In this document: piece by piece, positions 18,690 through 28,098 of the stretch | Numbering within the stretch: position 1 is the stretch's first letter | Layout of the letters: every line of letters starts with the position of its first letter | Assembly (NCBI GenBank): GCA_963667015.2 | Contig: CAXXJJ010000004.1 | Coordinates: 3,104,001-3,168,000 of the forward strand | DNA: 64,000 bases | Reading direction: 5' to 3' | From: Desulfatiglandales bacterium | GTDB taxonomy: Bacteria > Desulfobacterota > DSM-4660 > Desulfatiglandales > HGW-15 | Translations under genes and position numbers: made by a program | The notes under the pieces: generated by a model | Databases searched by the model: none | Seen by the model: only the letters and a program-made list of their open reading frames with translations | What the model was told of the DNA's origin: nothing

Positions 18690-19072
18690 ACCCTTTTCAG
18701 TATTGTGCCTTCCATCTTTTTAAACACACCTTCAGGGGTTGTGATGTTTATTCCAAAATCAACCACAAGGTCTTTTATAATTGGAAAACCTTTCATTGGT
18801 TCCAGAAGAATGCTTTCTCCCGGCTGAAGAATTCTTGAACATGTCCTCATGCCTTTGCCGTCTACCATCATAAGGCATGACATGCACCAGGAGCAGCCGC
18901 AGCAATAATCCCTGAATGCCAGGGTTTCATCTATATTATCCCGGACATATTTTACGGCTGGTAAAAGCAGCATGCCTTCCTGCCAGGGGACCTCATAGGT
19001 TTTATAGGTCGGGGACTGATCGACGGCAGGATCGTATCTAAATATCTTTAAGCTTACTGTATTGTTACTCAT
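18686..19072 (-). CDS. Stand-alone SdhB/FrdB N-terminal 2Fe-2S domain protein
   Basis: IFRYDP...DETLAFRDYCCGCSWCMSC...TC...PIIKDLVVD; no 4Fe-4S domain. Confidence 0.85.
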   Translation of the reverse strand: MSNNTVSLKIFRYDPAVDQSPTYKTYEVPWQEGMLLLPAVKYVRDNIDETLAFRDYCCGCSWCMSCLMMVDGKGMRTCSRILQPGESILLEPMKGFPIIKDLVVDFGINITTPEGVFKKMEGTILKRV

Positions 19073-20781
19073 ATCCTTCCCTCCGGATCAGATTTCGTTA
19101 TGGTGACAGGAGTGGTGCCCGCATCCATATTATCATGTTTCTTTATAATCCTGATATGTTTCAGCCATTCCGGTTTTGTATCGGGAAAGTCCTCTCGAAG
19201 ATGTGCGCCCCTGCTTTCAGTCCTTAAAAGGGCGGACCGGATTATCATCTCTGAGGTATCCAGCATGAAGGGAACCTGGATTGCCTCAACCCAGCCCGAA
19301 TTGAATGTAAATCCCGAAGGAGCCCTCATCTTTTGGAGTTCATCAGACCTTACTGCCTGCAATTCAGTCAATGCATTATTAAGGCTGTCCTCTGTCCTGG
19401 CCACACCAACATATTCCGACATAAGGGCCGCAACCCTGTCAGTAATTTCTTTGGGTGTCATGCCTTCATTCCTGAAAAAGCCGCACAACCTGTCATATTC
19501 TTCTTCAGGATTATCATCTGATGCTACTTCATCAGCACCGCTGGCGTATTCACAGGCATATCTCCCCGCCCTGGCGCCAAACACGATTATCTCGACCATG
19601 GCATTTCCACCCATCCTGTTGGCACCATGGACACCTCCCGAAACCTCACCTGCTGCAAAAAGCCCCTCAAGGCTGGTCTCGCATTTTTCGTTTATCTTAA
19701 CGCCACCCATAAAAAAATGTGCGCCTCCGGGTGCAAACTCAATCCTCCAGTTCCTGGGATCAGGATCATTAACACTCATTCTTTTTATAAGCTGCCATCT
19801 CTCTTTAGCAACCTCCTCGGCAAGCGAATGTTTAAGCTGATCTTCAATCTCCTCGCTGGTCAGGGGAGAGCGTGTCAGATCAATATAAACGCCTCCTTTT
19901 TCTGTTCCCCTGCCGTCCCTGATTTCCTTAAATGCCGCCTTTTGGATAACATCCCTGGGCTGAGGCTGCTGAATGAACTCATCACCCAGTGCGTTGATAT
20001 ATTTCCCACCGCACATGGTGCACAGCAATTCGGGATTTCCAAGAAGCCAGGGGGGATAGAGCTGATTGCCTGTGAACTGAACCATCTCCATATCTATAAG
20101 CTCCGCGCCTGCATGATATGCCATGGCATAGCCCATACCGGTCGCATGTCCGTGCATACCAAAAGGGGCGTTTGTCGAATGGGGATAGATTTCACCCAGT
20201 CCCCCGGTGGCAAGAATAGTAGCCTTTGCATCGATAACAAGATAGTCACCTTTTCGAATATTGAGGACAAATGCCCCTGTGACACGGTTTCCGGCAGTCA
20301 GCAATTTTGTAGTTACGACGTCCTCGAACACCGTGATATTGGGATGGCGGGCTATCTCGTTTTTAAGGGCCTCCATATAACCCACACCGGGGATGTAATG
20401 CCCTCTTGGATATGTATGTCTTTTTACGGTTCCGGTCTTTGTCTCTCCCCCGCCTGATTCAAAAGGAATCATTTTGGCTCCCCAGTTTATCAACTCCTGT
20501 GCCCTTTGGGGACCTTCAAGGGTCAAAACCTCAACAAGATTCTGCTCATTCAGATAGCAGCCATACCTGAGGAGGTCCTCAAAAAGGGCCTCCGGGCTGT
20601 CATCCGGATGCTCCACCCACACCATTCCGCCATTTGCCATTGCGGTAAGGCCGCTTCTGCCTACGGGCCCCTGGTTTAGTATGACAATCTTCATTTCCGG
20701 ATCTCTTGTCGCGGCTTCAATAGCCGCCCTGGCTCCGGCCCCTCCGGCACCTACCACTAAAATATCAGCCCTCAACCTCAT
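19069..20781 (-). CDS. SdhA/FrdA/NadB-family FAD flavoprotein of unknown substrate
   Basis: GAGGAG, LATGG, DMEMVQF, HFFMGG, GLFAAGE, HGANRMGGN, RTESRGAH. Confidence 0.9.
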   Translation of the reverse strand: MRLRADILVVGAGGAGARAAIEAATRDPEMKIVILNQGPVGRSGLTAMANGGMVWVEHPDDSPEALFEDLLRYGCYLNEQNLVEVLTLEGPQRAQELINWGAKMIPFESGGGETKTGTVKRHTYPRGHYIPGVGYMEALKNEIARHPNITVFEDVVTTKLLTAGNRVTGAFVLNIRKGDYLVIDAKATILATGGLGEIYPHSTNAPFGMHGHATGMGYAMAYHAGAELIDMEMVQFTGNQLYPPWLLGNPELLCTMCGGKYINALGDEFIQQPQPRDVIQKAAFKEIRDGRGTEKGGVYIDLTRSPLTSEEIEDQLKHSLAEEVAKERWQLIKRMSVNDPDPRNWRIEFAPGGAHFFMGGVKINEKCETSLEGLFAAGEVSGGVHGANRMGGNAMVEIIVFGARAGRYACEYASGADEVASDDNPEEEYDRLCGFFRNEGMTPKEITDRVAALMSEYVGVARTEDSLNNALTELQAVRSDELQKMRAPSGFTFNSGWVEAIQVPFMLDTSEMIIRSALLRTESRGAHLREDFPDTKPEWLKHIRIIKKHDNMDAGTTPVTITKSDPEGRI

Positions 20782-20803
20782 TGCACCCTCCTTTTTAACC
20801 GCC

Positions 20804-21532
20804 TTATATTCCTGCTAATGACGCAGCCATATAGTCACTAAGTTCCGATGCCAGAAAAACAACTATGGGGGCCACGTCCTCCGGTGTGCATAATCTTCCG
20901 AGGGGTAATGTGGGGGCTATGGTTTCCATTCTGGGATCATCCACCGTAAGGCCGGTAGCGCCTAAGCCCGGAGAATAAACGGTGGTAATTATTCCCGTTC
21001 CCTTTAATTCCTTTGCCAGCGACCTTGTAAACATAACAACACCGGCCTTGGCAGCGCCGTACATGGAAAGCGTGGGGATACCCTGCCCCCCTGAAGTATT
21101 GATTATTCTGCCTGACTTGCGTGACATCATGTGAGGTAAAACAGCATGTGCAACATTCATCTGCCCTATGAGGTTGACACCGATATCATATTCCCAGTCC
21201 TTTCTGTCGGATTGGATAAAAGGCATCATTCTGCTGCTGGCGCCCGCGTTGTTTATAAGGATGTCTATATGTCCGAATTTTTCAACACCCCTGTCCACCA
21301 TTTCATCCACCTGGGCACGCTCCCTGACATCGACTTTTACCGTGAGGGCTTTTTGCCCTTTTGCCCTGATTTCATCTGCGGTCCTGTTTGTTCCTTCGAG
21401 ATCGATATCACCCAGTATAAGGTTGCAGCCTTCTTGGGCAAGCATAAGCGCTATGGCCTTGCCGTACCCTATCTGACTCCCTGATCCTGTCACGATAGCC
21501 ACTTTATCTTTTAACTTCAGGTCCATTGCCAC
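20804..21532 (-). CDS. Short-chain dehydrogenase/reductase
   Basis: TGSGSQIGYG, NNAG, YGAAK. Confidence 0.9.
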   Translation of the reverse strand: MAMDLKLKDKVAIVTGSGSQIGYGKAIALMLAQEGCNLILGDIDLEGTNRTADEIRAKGQKALTVKVDVRERAQVDEMVDRGVEKFGHIDILINNAGASSRMMPFIQSDRKDWEYDIGVNLIGQMNVAHAVLPHMMSRKSGRIINTSGGQGIPTLSMYGAAKAGVVMFTRSLAKELKGTGIITTVYSPGLGATGLTVDDPRMETIAPTLPLGRLCTPEDVAPIVVFLASELSDYMAASLAGI

Positions 21533-21859
21533 TCCTTATTTAAAATTATTTTTTACGTTTATAAAAAATATCAGTCAAGCATGAAATTTGAGATTCAGAA
21601 GCCATGGTAAACAGCCTGAGATTTGTCCTTCCGGGTAAAACAGCGTTGCAGACCTTAATTTATATCTTTCATCATTAAAACAGTCTGATATATTGGCATA
21701 TATCTTGCTGTTTGATATAAAGACAATTTCCTGAAAATACACTGTTATCCAGGATTCAAGTCGATAATTTAAGAATTGCAGGGGATACCGGTTTAGTTGT
21801 AACAGCATGTTATAACGAGTATTCCTGGATGCAGAATAAAAAATTATTAAGAGGTAAAA

Positions 21860-23800
21860 ATGAGTATCAGATATTTATCAATATTAACCCTGTCATTTTT
21901 ATGGCTCATGCATGCCGGCTGCATGTCGCAAACTGTCAAAAATCCAACAAGTGTATTTTTACCACCTGAAAATACTGCCTTAAACGAGGATTCAGGATCC
22001 GAGACAGGGTCCCATACCTCAATGGCTGATATTACAGCATCTGAAAACCCGGCAGACATATATGACTACAGCGAAGAGGAAGCCACACTTTCAGCCATTT
22101 CCAATCTATACGAAGAAGCGCTTCAGGCAATGGATAAGGGTGATTTCAGTCTCGCCGAGACGCGCATCGAAAATGCGGCTGTTCTGGCCTCAGGTGTTGA
22201 CATCACCTCAATAAACGATAAGTCGCTTTCTCTCAAATATATGAATACCCTTTCATCAATCTTTCAGGATTATGGGAGGATTTTTAAGAATGCCGATCAG
22301 ATCAACCTGGAAGAGCCTCTTAACTGGCTGGATCAGCTTTCAGAGTCAAAACCCGAGGATTTCAAAAATGGCATGTGGAAGGATGAAGAACTCAGGCAGA
22401 TTGTCCAGAAAATGGCCCTTCGATGTGATGTTCCTATTGAATATAATGACCAGGTAAAGAAGGCTATTTATTTTTTTCAGACAGTAAATAAAGAAGAAAT
22501 GGCAAAATGGATAAGCCGGAGCGGTCGCTACCTGCCTTTAATCGAGGAAATTCTCGAGGAGTATGATTTACCCCTTGATCTTGCCTATCTTGCAATGATT
22601 GAGAGTGGTTTTAATCCAAAGGCATATTCACGTGCCCACTGCTCCGGAATGTGGCAGTTTGCATACTCAACAGGACGGATGTATGGCCTTAAAAGGACCC
22701 AGTGGTATGATCAGCGAAGAGACCCTTTAAAATCCACAAAGGCAGCAGCGCGCCACCTCAGCGATCTTTACAAGATATATGGAGACTGGTACCTGGTGAT
22801 GGCCGCCTATAACTGGGGGCCCGGGGGAGTCAATCGCCAGATAAAAAGAGGTGTTACAGATTTCTGGTCAATGAAGATGCCCCGCGAAACAAGAAACTAT
22901 ATCCCCTCTTTCATAGCCGCAGTAGTCATATCAAAGGCACCGGAACTTTTCGGATTTGAAAATATTGAAAAAGAAGCGCCTCTTCATTTTGAGACGGTTG
23001 AAGTACCCTATACCAGCCTGAAGGCAGCGGCAAAATGCGCCGGAGTGGACCTGGAAACACTCAGGGAGATAAATACAGAACTCATCAAGACACATACTCC
23101 TTCGGGGGAAAGCTATGCCCTTAAGGTTCCTGCCGGGGCTAAAGATCAGTTCATGGATGAATATGCAAAACTGCCAAAGGAAATATATTCACCCCCGGCA
23201 ATCGATAATTATTATGTTAAGCATGGAGACACACTTTCCGGTATCGCTTCCCGATTCCGTGTTTCGGTCAACAGCATTGTTGTTGAGAACGGCATCAGAA
23301 ACCGTAACAGTCTCCGCGTCGGACAAAAGCTCCGCATTCCGGGCTATGCAGGTTCCTCAAAAAATTCCAACTCTTCTTCTGTCGCCTTTAAACAGGTATC
23401 ACAGGATGAAATAACTGCGGCTGAAAAAAATACCTTTATATATACAGTGAAACGAAATGACAGCCTCTGGATTATAGCGTCCAGGCATAAAACCAGCATC
23501 AAAATGATTCAGGCACTGAATAACATGGGAACAAGTACAAGGATTGATCCGGGCCAGAAATTAAAGATCCCGGTTGAGATAAATGATCCTGCGCCTCCAT
23601 CCTCTCCACCTGTCACGCTTGCCTCGGCCTCATCATATAGCGATGGTGAAATAACCTATACAATCCAGAACAGAGACACTCTTTATGAGATCGCTATGAA
23701 ATATAATGTTTCCTATAAGGATATAATGCGATGGAACAAGATTCAAAACCACCGTACCATTAAGCCCGGTCAAAAAATAATTATTATGACAAAAAGTTAA
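21860..23800 (+). CDS. MltD-like lytic transglycosylase lipoprotein with three LysM domains
   Basis: LAMIESGF, GMWQF, AAYNWG, ETRNY; three LysM repeats. Confidence 0.9.
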   Translation: MSIRYLSILTLSFLWLMHAGCMSQTVKNPTSVFLPPENTALNEDSGSETGSHTSMADITASENPADIYDYSEEEATLSAISNLYEEALQAMDKGDFSLAETRIENAAVLASGVDITSINDKSLSLKYMNTLSSIFQDYGRIFKNADQINLEEPLNWLDQLSESKPEDFKNGMWKDEELRQIVQKMALRCDVPIEYNDQVKKAIYFFQTVNKEEMAKWISRSGRYLPLIEEILEEYDLPLDLAYLAMIESGFNPKAYSRAHCSGMWQFAYSTGRMYGLKRTQWYDQRRDPLKSTKAAARHLSDLYKIYGDWYLVMAAYNWGPGGVNRQIKRGVTDFWSMKMPRETRNYIPSFIAAVVISKAPELFGFENIEKEAPLHFETVEVPYTSLKAAAKCAGVDLETLREINTELIKTHTPSGESYALKVPAGAKDQFMDEYAKLPKEIYSPPAIDNYYVKHGDTLSGIASRFRVSVNSIVVENGIRNRNSLRVGQKLRIPGYAGSSKNSNSSSVAFKQVSQDEITAAEKNTFIYTVKRNDSLWIIASRHKTSIKMIQALNNMGTSTRIDPGQKLKIPVEINDPAPPSSPPVTLASASSYSDGEITYTIQNRDTLYEIAMKYNVSYKDIMRWNKIQNHRTIKPGQKIIIMTKS

Positions 23801-23891
23801 GGACTGAAAAAATCGGGTATGAAACTTCCTGGTCGGGATAAACTCCGGCTTTAATCGGAAGGAAAAATATCTGACATTAATAATGTTCCTG

Positions 23892-23931
23892 AAAAAAGCG
23901 CCCTGCCGCAATGCTGCAGGGCGCTTTTTTT
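23892..23931. terminator. Bidirectional rho-independent terminator
   Basis: AAAAAAGCGCCCTGC...GCAGGGCGCTTTTTTT between convergent genes. Confidence 0.85.
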
Positions 23932-23961
23932 ATTCCGGCATCTTTGCGCGCCAGAGATATT

Positions 23962-24849
23962 TTATTGAACAAGCTCGATAGTGGTCTTTGCCTTTGTGGA
24001 CTGGGGCATCTCACCCATAGAACCCAGATTGATCTTCATATTCGAATCCTCTTCCACCAATGCCCTGACAAATATCCCTTTTTTATATGCAAAATACCAT
24101 GTGGATGTTGCCTTTGCCTCTCCGGTGATTTTAATCTCCTGTCCCATCATATCTCCGGATCCCTGAATAGTGCTTTTGGTGTCGCCTTTAATTCTCACGC
24201 ATTCCATCCCCTGTATGGTTTCCAATCCTTCAAGAACATTGATGGTTTCTCCGTTGATTGACAGTTCTATTGTCCCCTGCTTCCTGTTATTTTCTATTGG
24301 AGTGGTCCAGGTATCACCTATTTTAAAATTATCAGCAGGCAGTTCAGGCAGAAGGTTTGAAAAATAATCCTTTGCACTCTGTGCCGGTGTGTTCGGCTGC
24401 CCCATGCTGATTTTTGGAAGGACATCAATACCTGTAAACGCTGTCTCTTTACCCTTGGGAGAAAAGGTTATCCCGAAACTTTTACCCTTAAGGCCTGATG
24501 TATCCGGACTGACAGGCCCCTGTGGACTGTTTGCATTAATAGACAGGTCATTAATAGTAACCTGAGTCTTAATGTTGTTTTGCCCATCCATTCCTGCACC
24601 TTTGATGATGTAATCAGTGCTGGTATTTGATGTTGTTTTCATGGATTGCCCCATCATCTCCATGGATTGTGTCGACTCTGAGCTTCTCTTGTAATTCAGT
24701 ACCTGATCCTGCTGTATATTATAATGGAGAATAAGTCCGGTCTGGGGGTCTCCCCATGTAGATTTTTTTGCTGCGCAGCCGGTCAATAGAAATGATACAA
24801 ACATGACAGCAATTGCAACAAAACGAAAAACCTGGATTTTACTCAACAT
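23962..24849 (-). CDS. Beta-rich lipoprotein of unknown function
   Basis: Lipobox LTGC; LP...KIGDTW motif. Confidence 0.7.
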   Translation of the reverse strand: MLSKIQVFRFVAIAVMFVSFLLTGCAAKKSTWGDPQTGLILHYNIQQDQVLNYKRSSESTQSMEMMGQSMKTTSNTSTDYIIKGAGMDGQNNIKTQVTINDLSINANSPQGPVSPDTSGLKGKSFGITFSPKGKETAFTGIDVLPKISMGQPNTPAQSAKDYFSNLLPELPADNFKIGDTWTTPIENNRKQGTIELSINGETINVLEGLETIQGMECVRIKGDTKSTIQGSGDMMGQEIKITGEAKATSTWYFAYKKGIFVRALVEEDSNMKINLGSMGEMPQSTKAKTTIELVQ

Positions 24850-25214
24850 ACATCCCTCCTCTTTATAAATTAACCTGGATTATTAAAAATGGTTTTTAAT
24901 CATAGAAATTTGTAAATACAATTTATATAAAATCTGAGGCATTCTTATCCTGTAAAAATGATCAATCCTTTACTCTTGTGCCAGTATGCTTTTTGGATTT
25001 AAGATCTAATAAGACGATTCGCCAGGGGTATACATGTTTGCCACGGCGAATTTACGCGTCACAGGCGCGTTTAAGGCAATAAAACATAATTTTAACGTTG
25101 AGGTAATCGAACGTTTTTAAGACTAATCCTTTAAAAAAGCAAGGAGAAAAGCCGGAAAACAGATAATGCTACGAAAATCAGAGGTCAGAGGTCAGATGCA
25201 AGAGATTAGTTTTT

Positions 25215-25877
25215 TTACTCTTTAAGTTTTATGGTAAGGCGGCCTTCTTCCACGCGTATATTTTCAATACCGGATGAAAAGGCCTTCCAGAAACCATCCT
25301 GAGTGCCGAACTCTTTAACCAGGTCAACATTTTTGATACCGCCAAGCCAGGCATTTGGTACGGGCACGCCCCAGAGACTGATTCCTCTTAATGCAACAAC
25401 GGGATCATCCCTGTCATATTTAAGCTCCAGGCCGGCAGTAACCTTGAGGGTTTTTCCGCCCAGGAACGGGAAATCCGGATCCAGTGGAATAAGAAGCTTT
25501 GCGCTTGCCATATCATCGGATAAATCGATGGCAAACTTATCAGCAAGGTCGGTATTTTTTGCCAGCATGCTGTTGATCTCACGCTCCGTGAAACTGATCT
25601 CCCGGTCAGCCCCTTCCTCGCTGTAACGCTCAGGAGTGAGTGATGGTTTCCTTGAGCTGATAGGTGTATACAGCCGGGCCAGCTTTTCGTCAAGGACCCT
25701 CTCTTCCCGGTTGCTCAGAGAGACAGGCTTGAATTCCTTTGGAAAAAGATAGGCCATTGCTGCCCAGACTGTGATGACAGAGGTTACTATGGCAATGACA
25801 ACGACGAGTAGTGCGGTTTTGGCCCAGCCGGTTTTTTTTCCATTATTGTATGTTTCATGCGACTTATTTGAATTCAT
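25215..25877 (-). CDS. Membrane-anchored hypothetical protein
   Basis: Single N-terminal TM helix; EREIN, GVPVPNAWLGGIKN. Confidence 0.7.
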   Translation of the reverse strand: MNSNKSHETYNNGKKTGWAKTALLVVVIAIVTSVITVWAAMAYLFPKEFKPVSLSNREERVLDEKLARLYTPISSRKPSLTPERYSEEGADREISFTEREINSMLAKNTDLADKFAIDLSDDMASAKLLIPLDPDFPFLGGKTLKVTAGLELKYDRDDPVVALRGISLWGVPVPNAWLGGIKNVDLVKEFGTQDGFWKAFSSGIENIRVEEGRLTIKLKE

Positions 25878-26320
25878 TGGTGTCTCGCTATAGTAAATTG
25901 TCAGTCTCTGTATTTTTTAACAGGTATTTATAAAGTTGAATAATTTATAAACATTTTATAGTTATGATCGATAATACGTCAACAGATTAGAGAAATAGTT
26001 TATTCTTTGTTTACGAGACATTGTTACCCAGTCTTTAAGGTGAAAAAAACTTGTACAATTGATTAGAAAATACTCTCAACCAAGGTTTTCTAATTCGACA
26101 ACAGCCTTTTAAAACATATTATATCCATTTTCCATCAAATCCTATTATGTAACTTATTGCCAATACCCAGCAATATCTTACATATACTTTTGGTATTTTT
26201 TTACACACTTCAGACTGTTTTTAATTTTTATAAAAAACACCCGGAATTAATTAAGCCTTATTACATTGAATTTATAGGACTATTTTGATTTGAAAGAAAA
26301 ATCTCAAGTCTAGTTCAAAA

Positions 26321-26336
26321 TGGCATAACAGTTGCT
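26321..26336 (+). promoter_or_regulatory. sigma54 promoter of the PEP-CTERM gene
   Basis: TGGCATAACAGTTGCT. Confidence 0.75.
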
Positions 26337-26416
26337 CTATAAGGGAACATCTGAAAACAAAAGAATTAATGTTTTTTTAATTTTATATAGCTTGATTTGA
26401 AGCGAGGAGAGAAGAG

Positions 26417-27091
26417 ATGAAAAAGAATTTTTTATTTTTATTAGTTGTATTTTTATTGGCTATTCCATTTACTGCTAGCGCCGGCATTATAGACAATGTT
26501 ACGTTAATTGAAGGATATTACCCTAGCTACGATGGAGAGTTTCATTTTCCTAATTTAGGCAGTCAAAATGTCTATGACAATTATACAGCAACCATCACCG
26601 GGGGATCGATAATTCAAAATGGGACATATGAGTCATTTTGCGTAGAAGACGTCTGGACTACAAGTAACCATGCATATACTATTTACAGCATCGACAATAA
26701 CCTTAGTAATTATATTGATTATTTTAAGGCAGCATGGGTCGCAGAAAATTATTATTCAATCGATAAGGAAGCTGCACAGATAGCGATTTGGGAGATTATG
26801 TTCGAGTATGATAACAACTCATATGATGTTAAAAATGGTGAATTCCGAAATATTGGAGGAGTATCATCGAATACTTTAGATCGAGCGACCTCTTATTTGT
26901 CTAATGTTGGAAGTATAAATTTCACTAATAACTTTAGTACCAATTGGGTTCTCGCTGTTAACTCTAATTCACAAAATTATATTTTTCGTGCATCTGAACC
27001 CGTCCCAGAACCAGCCACAATGCTTCTCCTCGGTTCAGGATTAATAGGTTTGGCCGGATTCGGACGCAAAAAGTTTTTAAGGCGAGGTTAA
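26417..27091 (+). CDS. PEP-CTERM sorting domain protein
   Basis: Signal peptide; C-terminal VPEPATMLLLGSGLIGLAGFGRKK; FCVE and AQIAIWE motifs. Confidence 0.93.
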   Translation: MKKNFLFLLVVFLLAIPFTASAGIIDNVTLIEGYYPSYDGEFHFPNLGSQNVYDNYTATITGGSIIQNGTYESFCVEDVWTTSNHAYTIYSIDNNLSNYIDYFKAAWVAENYYSIDKEAAQIAIWEIMFEYDNNSYDVKNGEFRNIGGVSSNTLDRATSYLSNVGSINFTNNFSTNWVLAVNSNSQNYIFRASEPVPEPATMLLLGSGLIGLAGFGRKKFLRRG

Positions 27092-27113
27092 TTGTTAACC
27101 CCCATTTATGAAA

Positions 27114-27152
27114 ATGCGGAAGAGATGTTGAATCTCTTCCGCATATTTTTTT
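27114..27152 (+). terminator. Rho-independent terminator
   Basis: ATGCGGAAGAGAT-gttga-ATCTCTTCCGCAT followed by a T tract. Confidence 0.8.
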
Positions 27153-27330
27153 CCCACGCTTTTTCAAACCTTATACTTACTTCAAATTTATCCACACAAT
27201 ATCACTCTCCATTCATCGATATGCAGTATCATATTTAATCACTTGACCTGTTTCAGTAAAAACATATAAAAACAGAGCATTCATACAATTTGTAAAAGAG
27301 TATCAAACCATTTTATCCGGAGGAAAAAAA

Positions 27331-27987
27331 ATGGAAAAACCCGCTGAATTTTACTGGTCTCTTCGCCTGGAAGAGGTGAAGTCCGCCCTTGAAAAAAATA
27401 ATTTTGAGGCATTCATTGCAAAGGATACCGAAACCGCAAAGTCTATTGTAGAAAATGAGATAATCCCGCAATTAAAACCCAAAAGCATCTCATGGGGAGG
27501 CTCAATGACCTTTACGGCATCAGGCATTTATGACTCCCTTAAAAGCAAAAAGGATTATGAGATTATCGACACCTATGACCGAAAAAGATATACGCCCGAA
27601 GAGGTGTCCGAAAGGAGAAGACAGGCCCTTTTGACCGATCTTTTCATTACGGGAACAAATGCAATTACTGAGGCAGGACACCTGGTGAACCTGGACATGA
27701 TAGGAAACAGGGTTGGCGCTATTACATACGGCCCCAGAAATGTCATTATTCTGCTTGGAAGGAACAAGATAGTATCGGACCTTGATGACGCCATGTTCCG
27801 GATAAAAAATTTTGTTGCGCCCATTAATGCAATGAGACTGGATATGAAAACACCATGTGTAAAGTCGGGAAGGTGCGCGGACTGCAAGAGCCCGACCAGG
27901 ATTTGCAACATGTGGACAGTAACTGAAAAGTCCTTCCCAAAGGGAAGGATTAAGGTTGTTCTAATTAACCAGGATCTTGGAATCTAG
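27331..27987 (+). CDS. LUD-domain (lactate utilization-like) protein
   Basis: GGSMT, TGTNAITE.G.LVNLD..GNRV, GRNKIV, TPC..GRC.DC...RIC. Confidence 0.88.
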   Translation: MEKPAEFYWSLRLEEVKSALEKNNFEAFIAKDTETAKSIVENEIIPQLKPKSISWGGSMTFTASGIYDSLKSKKDYEIIDTYDRKRYTPEEVSERRRQALLTDLFITGTNAITEAGHLVNLDMIGNRVGAITYGPRNVIILLGRNKIVSDLDDAMFRIKNFVAPINAMRLDMKTPCVKSGRCADCKSPTRICNMWTVTEKSFPKGRIKVVLINQDLGI

Positions 27988-27995
27988 AAAAGATA

Positions 27996-28086
27996 AACGT
28001 CCAACGTTCAACTCCCAATGTCCAAGAATGAATTGGTCATTGCATTTCATTCAAAGTTGGAAGTTGAACGTTCAATGTTGGATGTT
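27996..28086. repeat. Heptamer tandem repeats arranged as an inverted pair
   Basis: AACGTCC AACGTTC AACTCCC AATGTCC ... GTTGGAA GTTGAAC GTTCAAT GTTGGAT GTT. Confidence 0.75.
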
Positions 28087-28098
28087 CATCTTTTTTTG

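Noticed and set aside
19100..20457. Long plus-strand ORFs (246 and 276 aa), plus similar antisense ORFs over AOR, ftsY, XDH and OPT genes
   Set aside because: Antisense shadows of well-supported genes, with no motifs or RBS
14965..20781. Cytochrome as partner of the SdhA-like flavoprotein
   Set aside because: The flavoprotein has no export signal, and the genes are in separate units on opposite strands
25176..25200. Short heptamer runs (AGAGGTC; also near 30052, 52463 and 62385)
   Set aside because: Only 2-3 units and no facing inverted arm; too weak to call
27996..28086. Possible CRISPR array
   Set aside because: 7-nt units with no spacers and no cas genes
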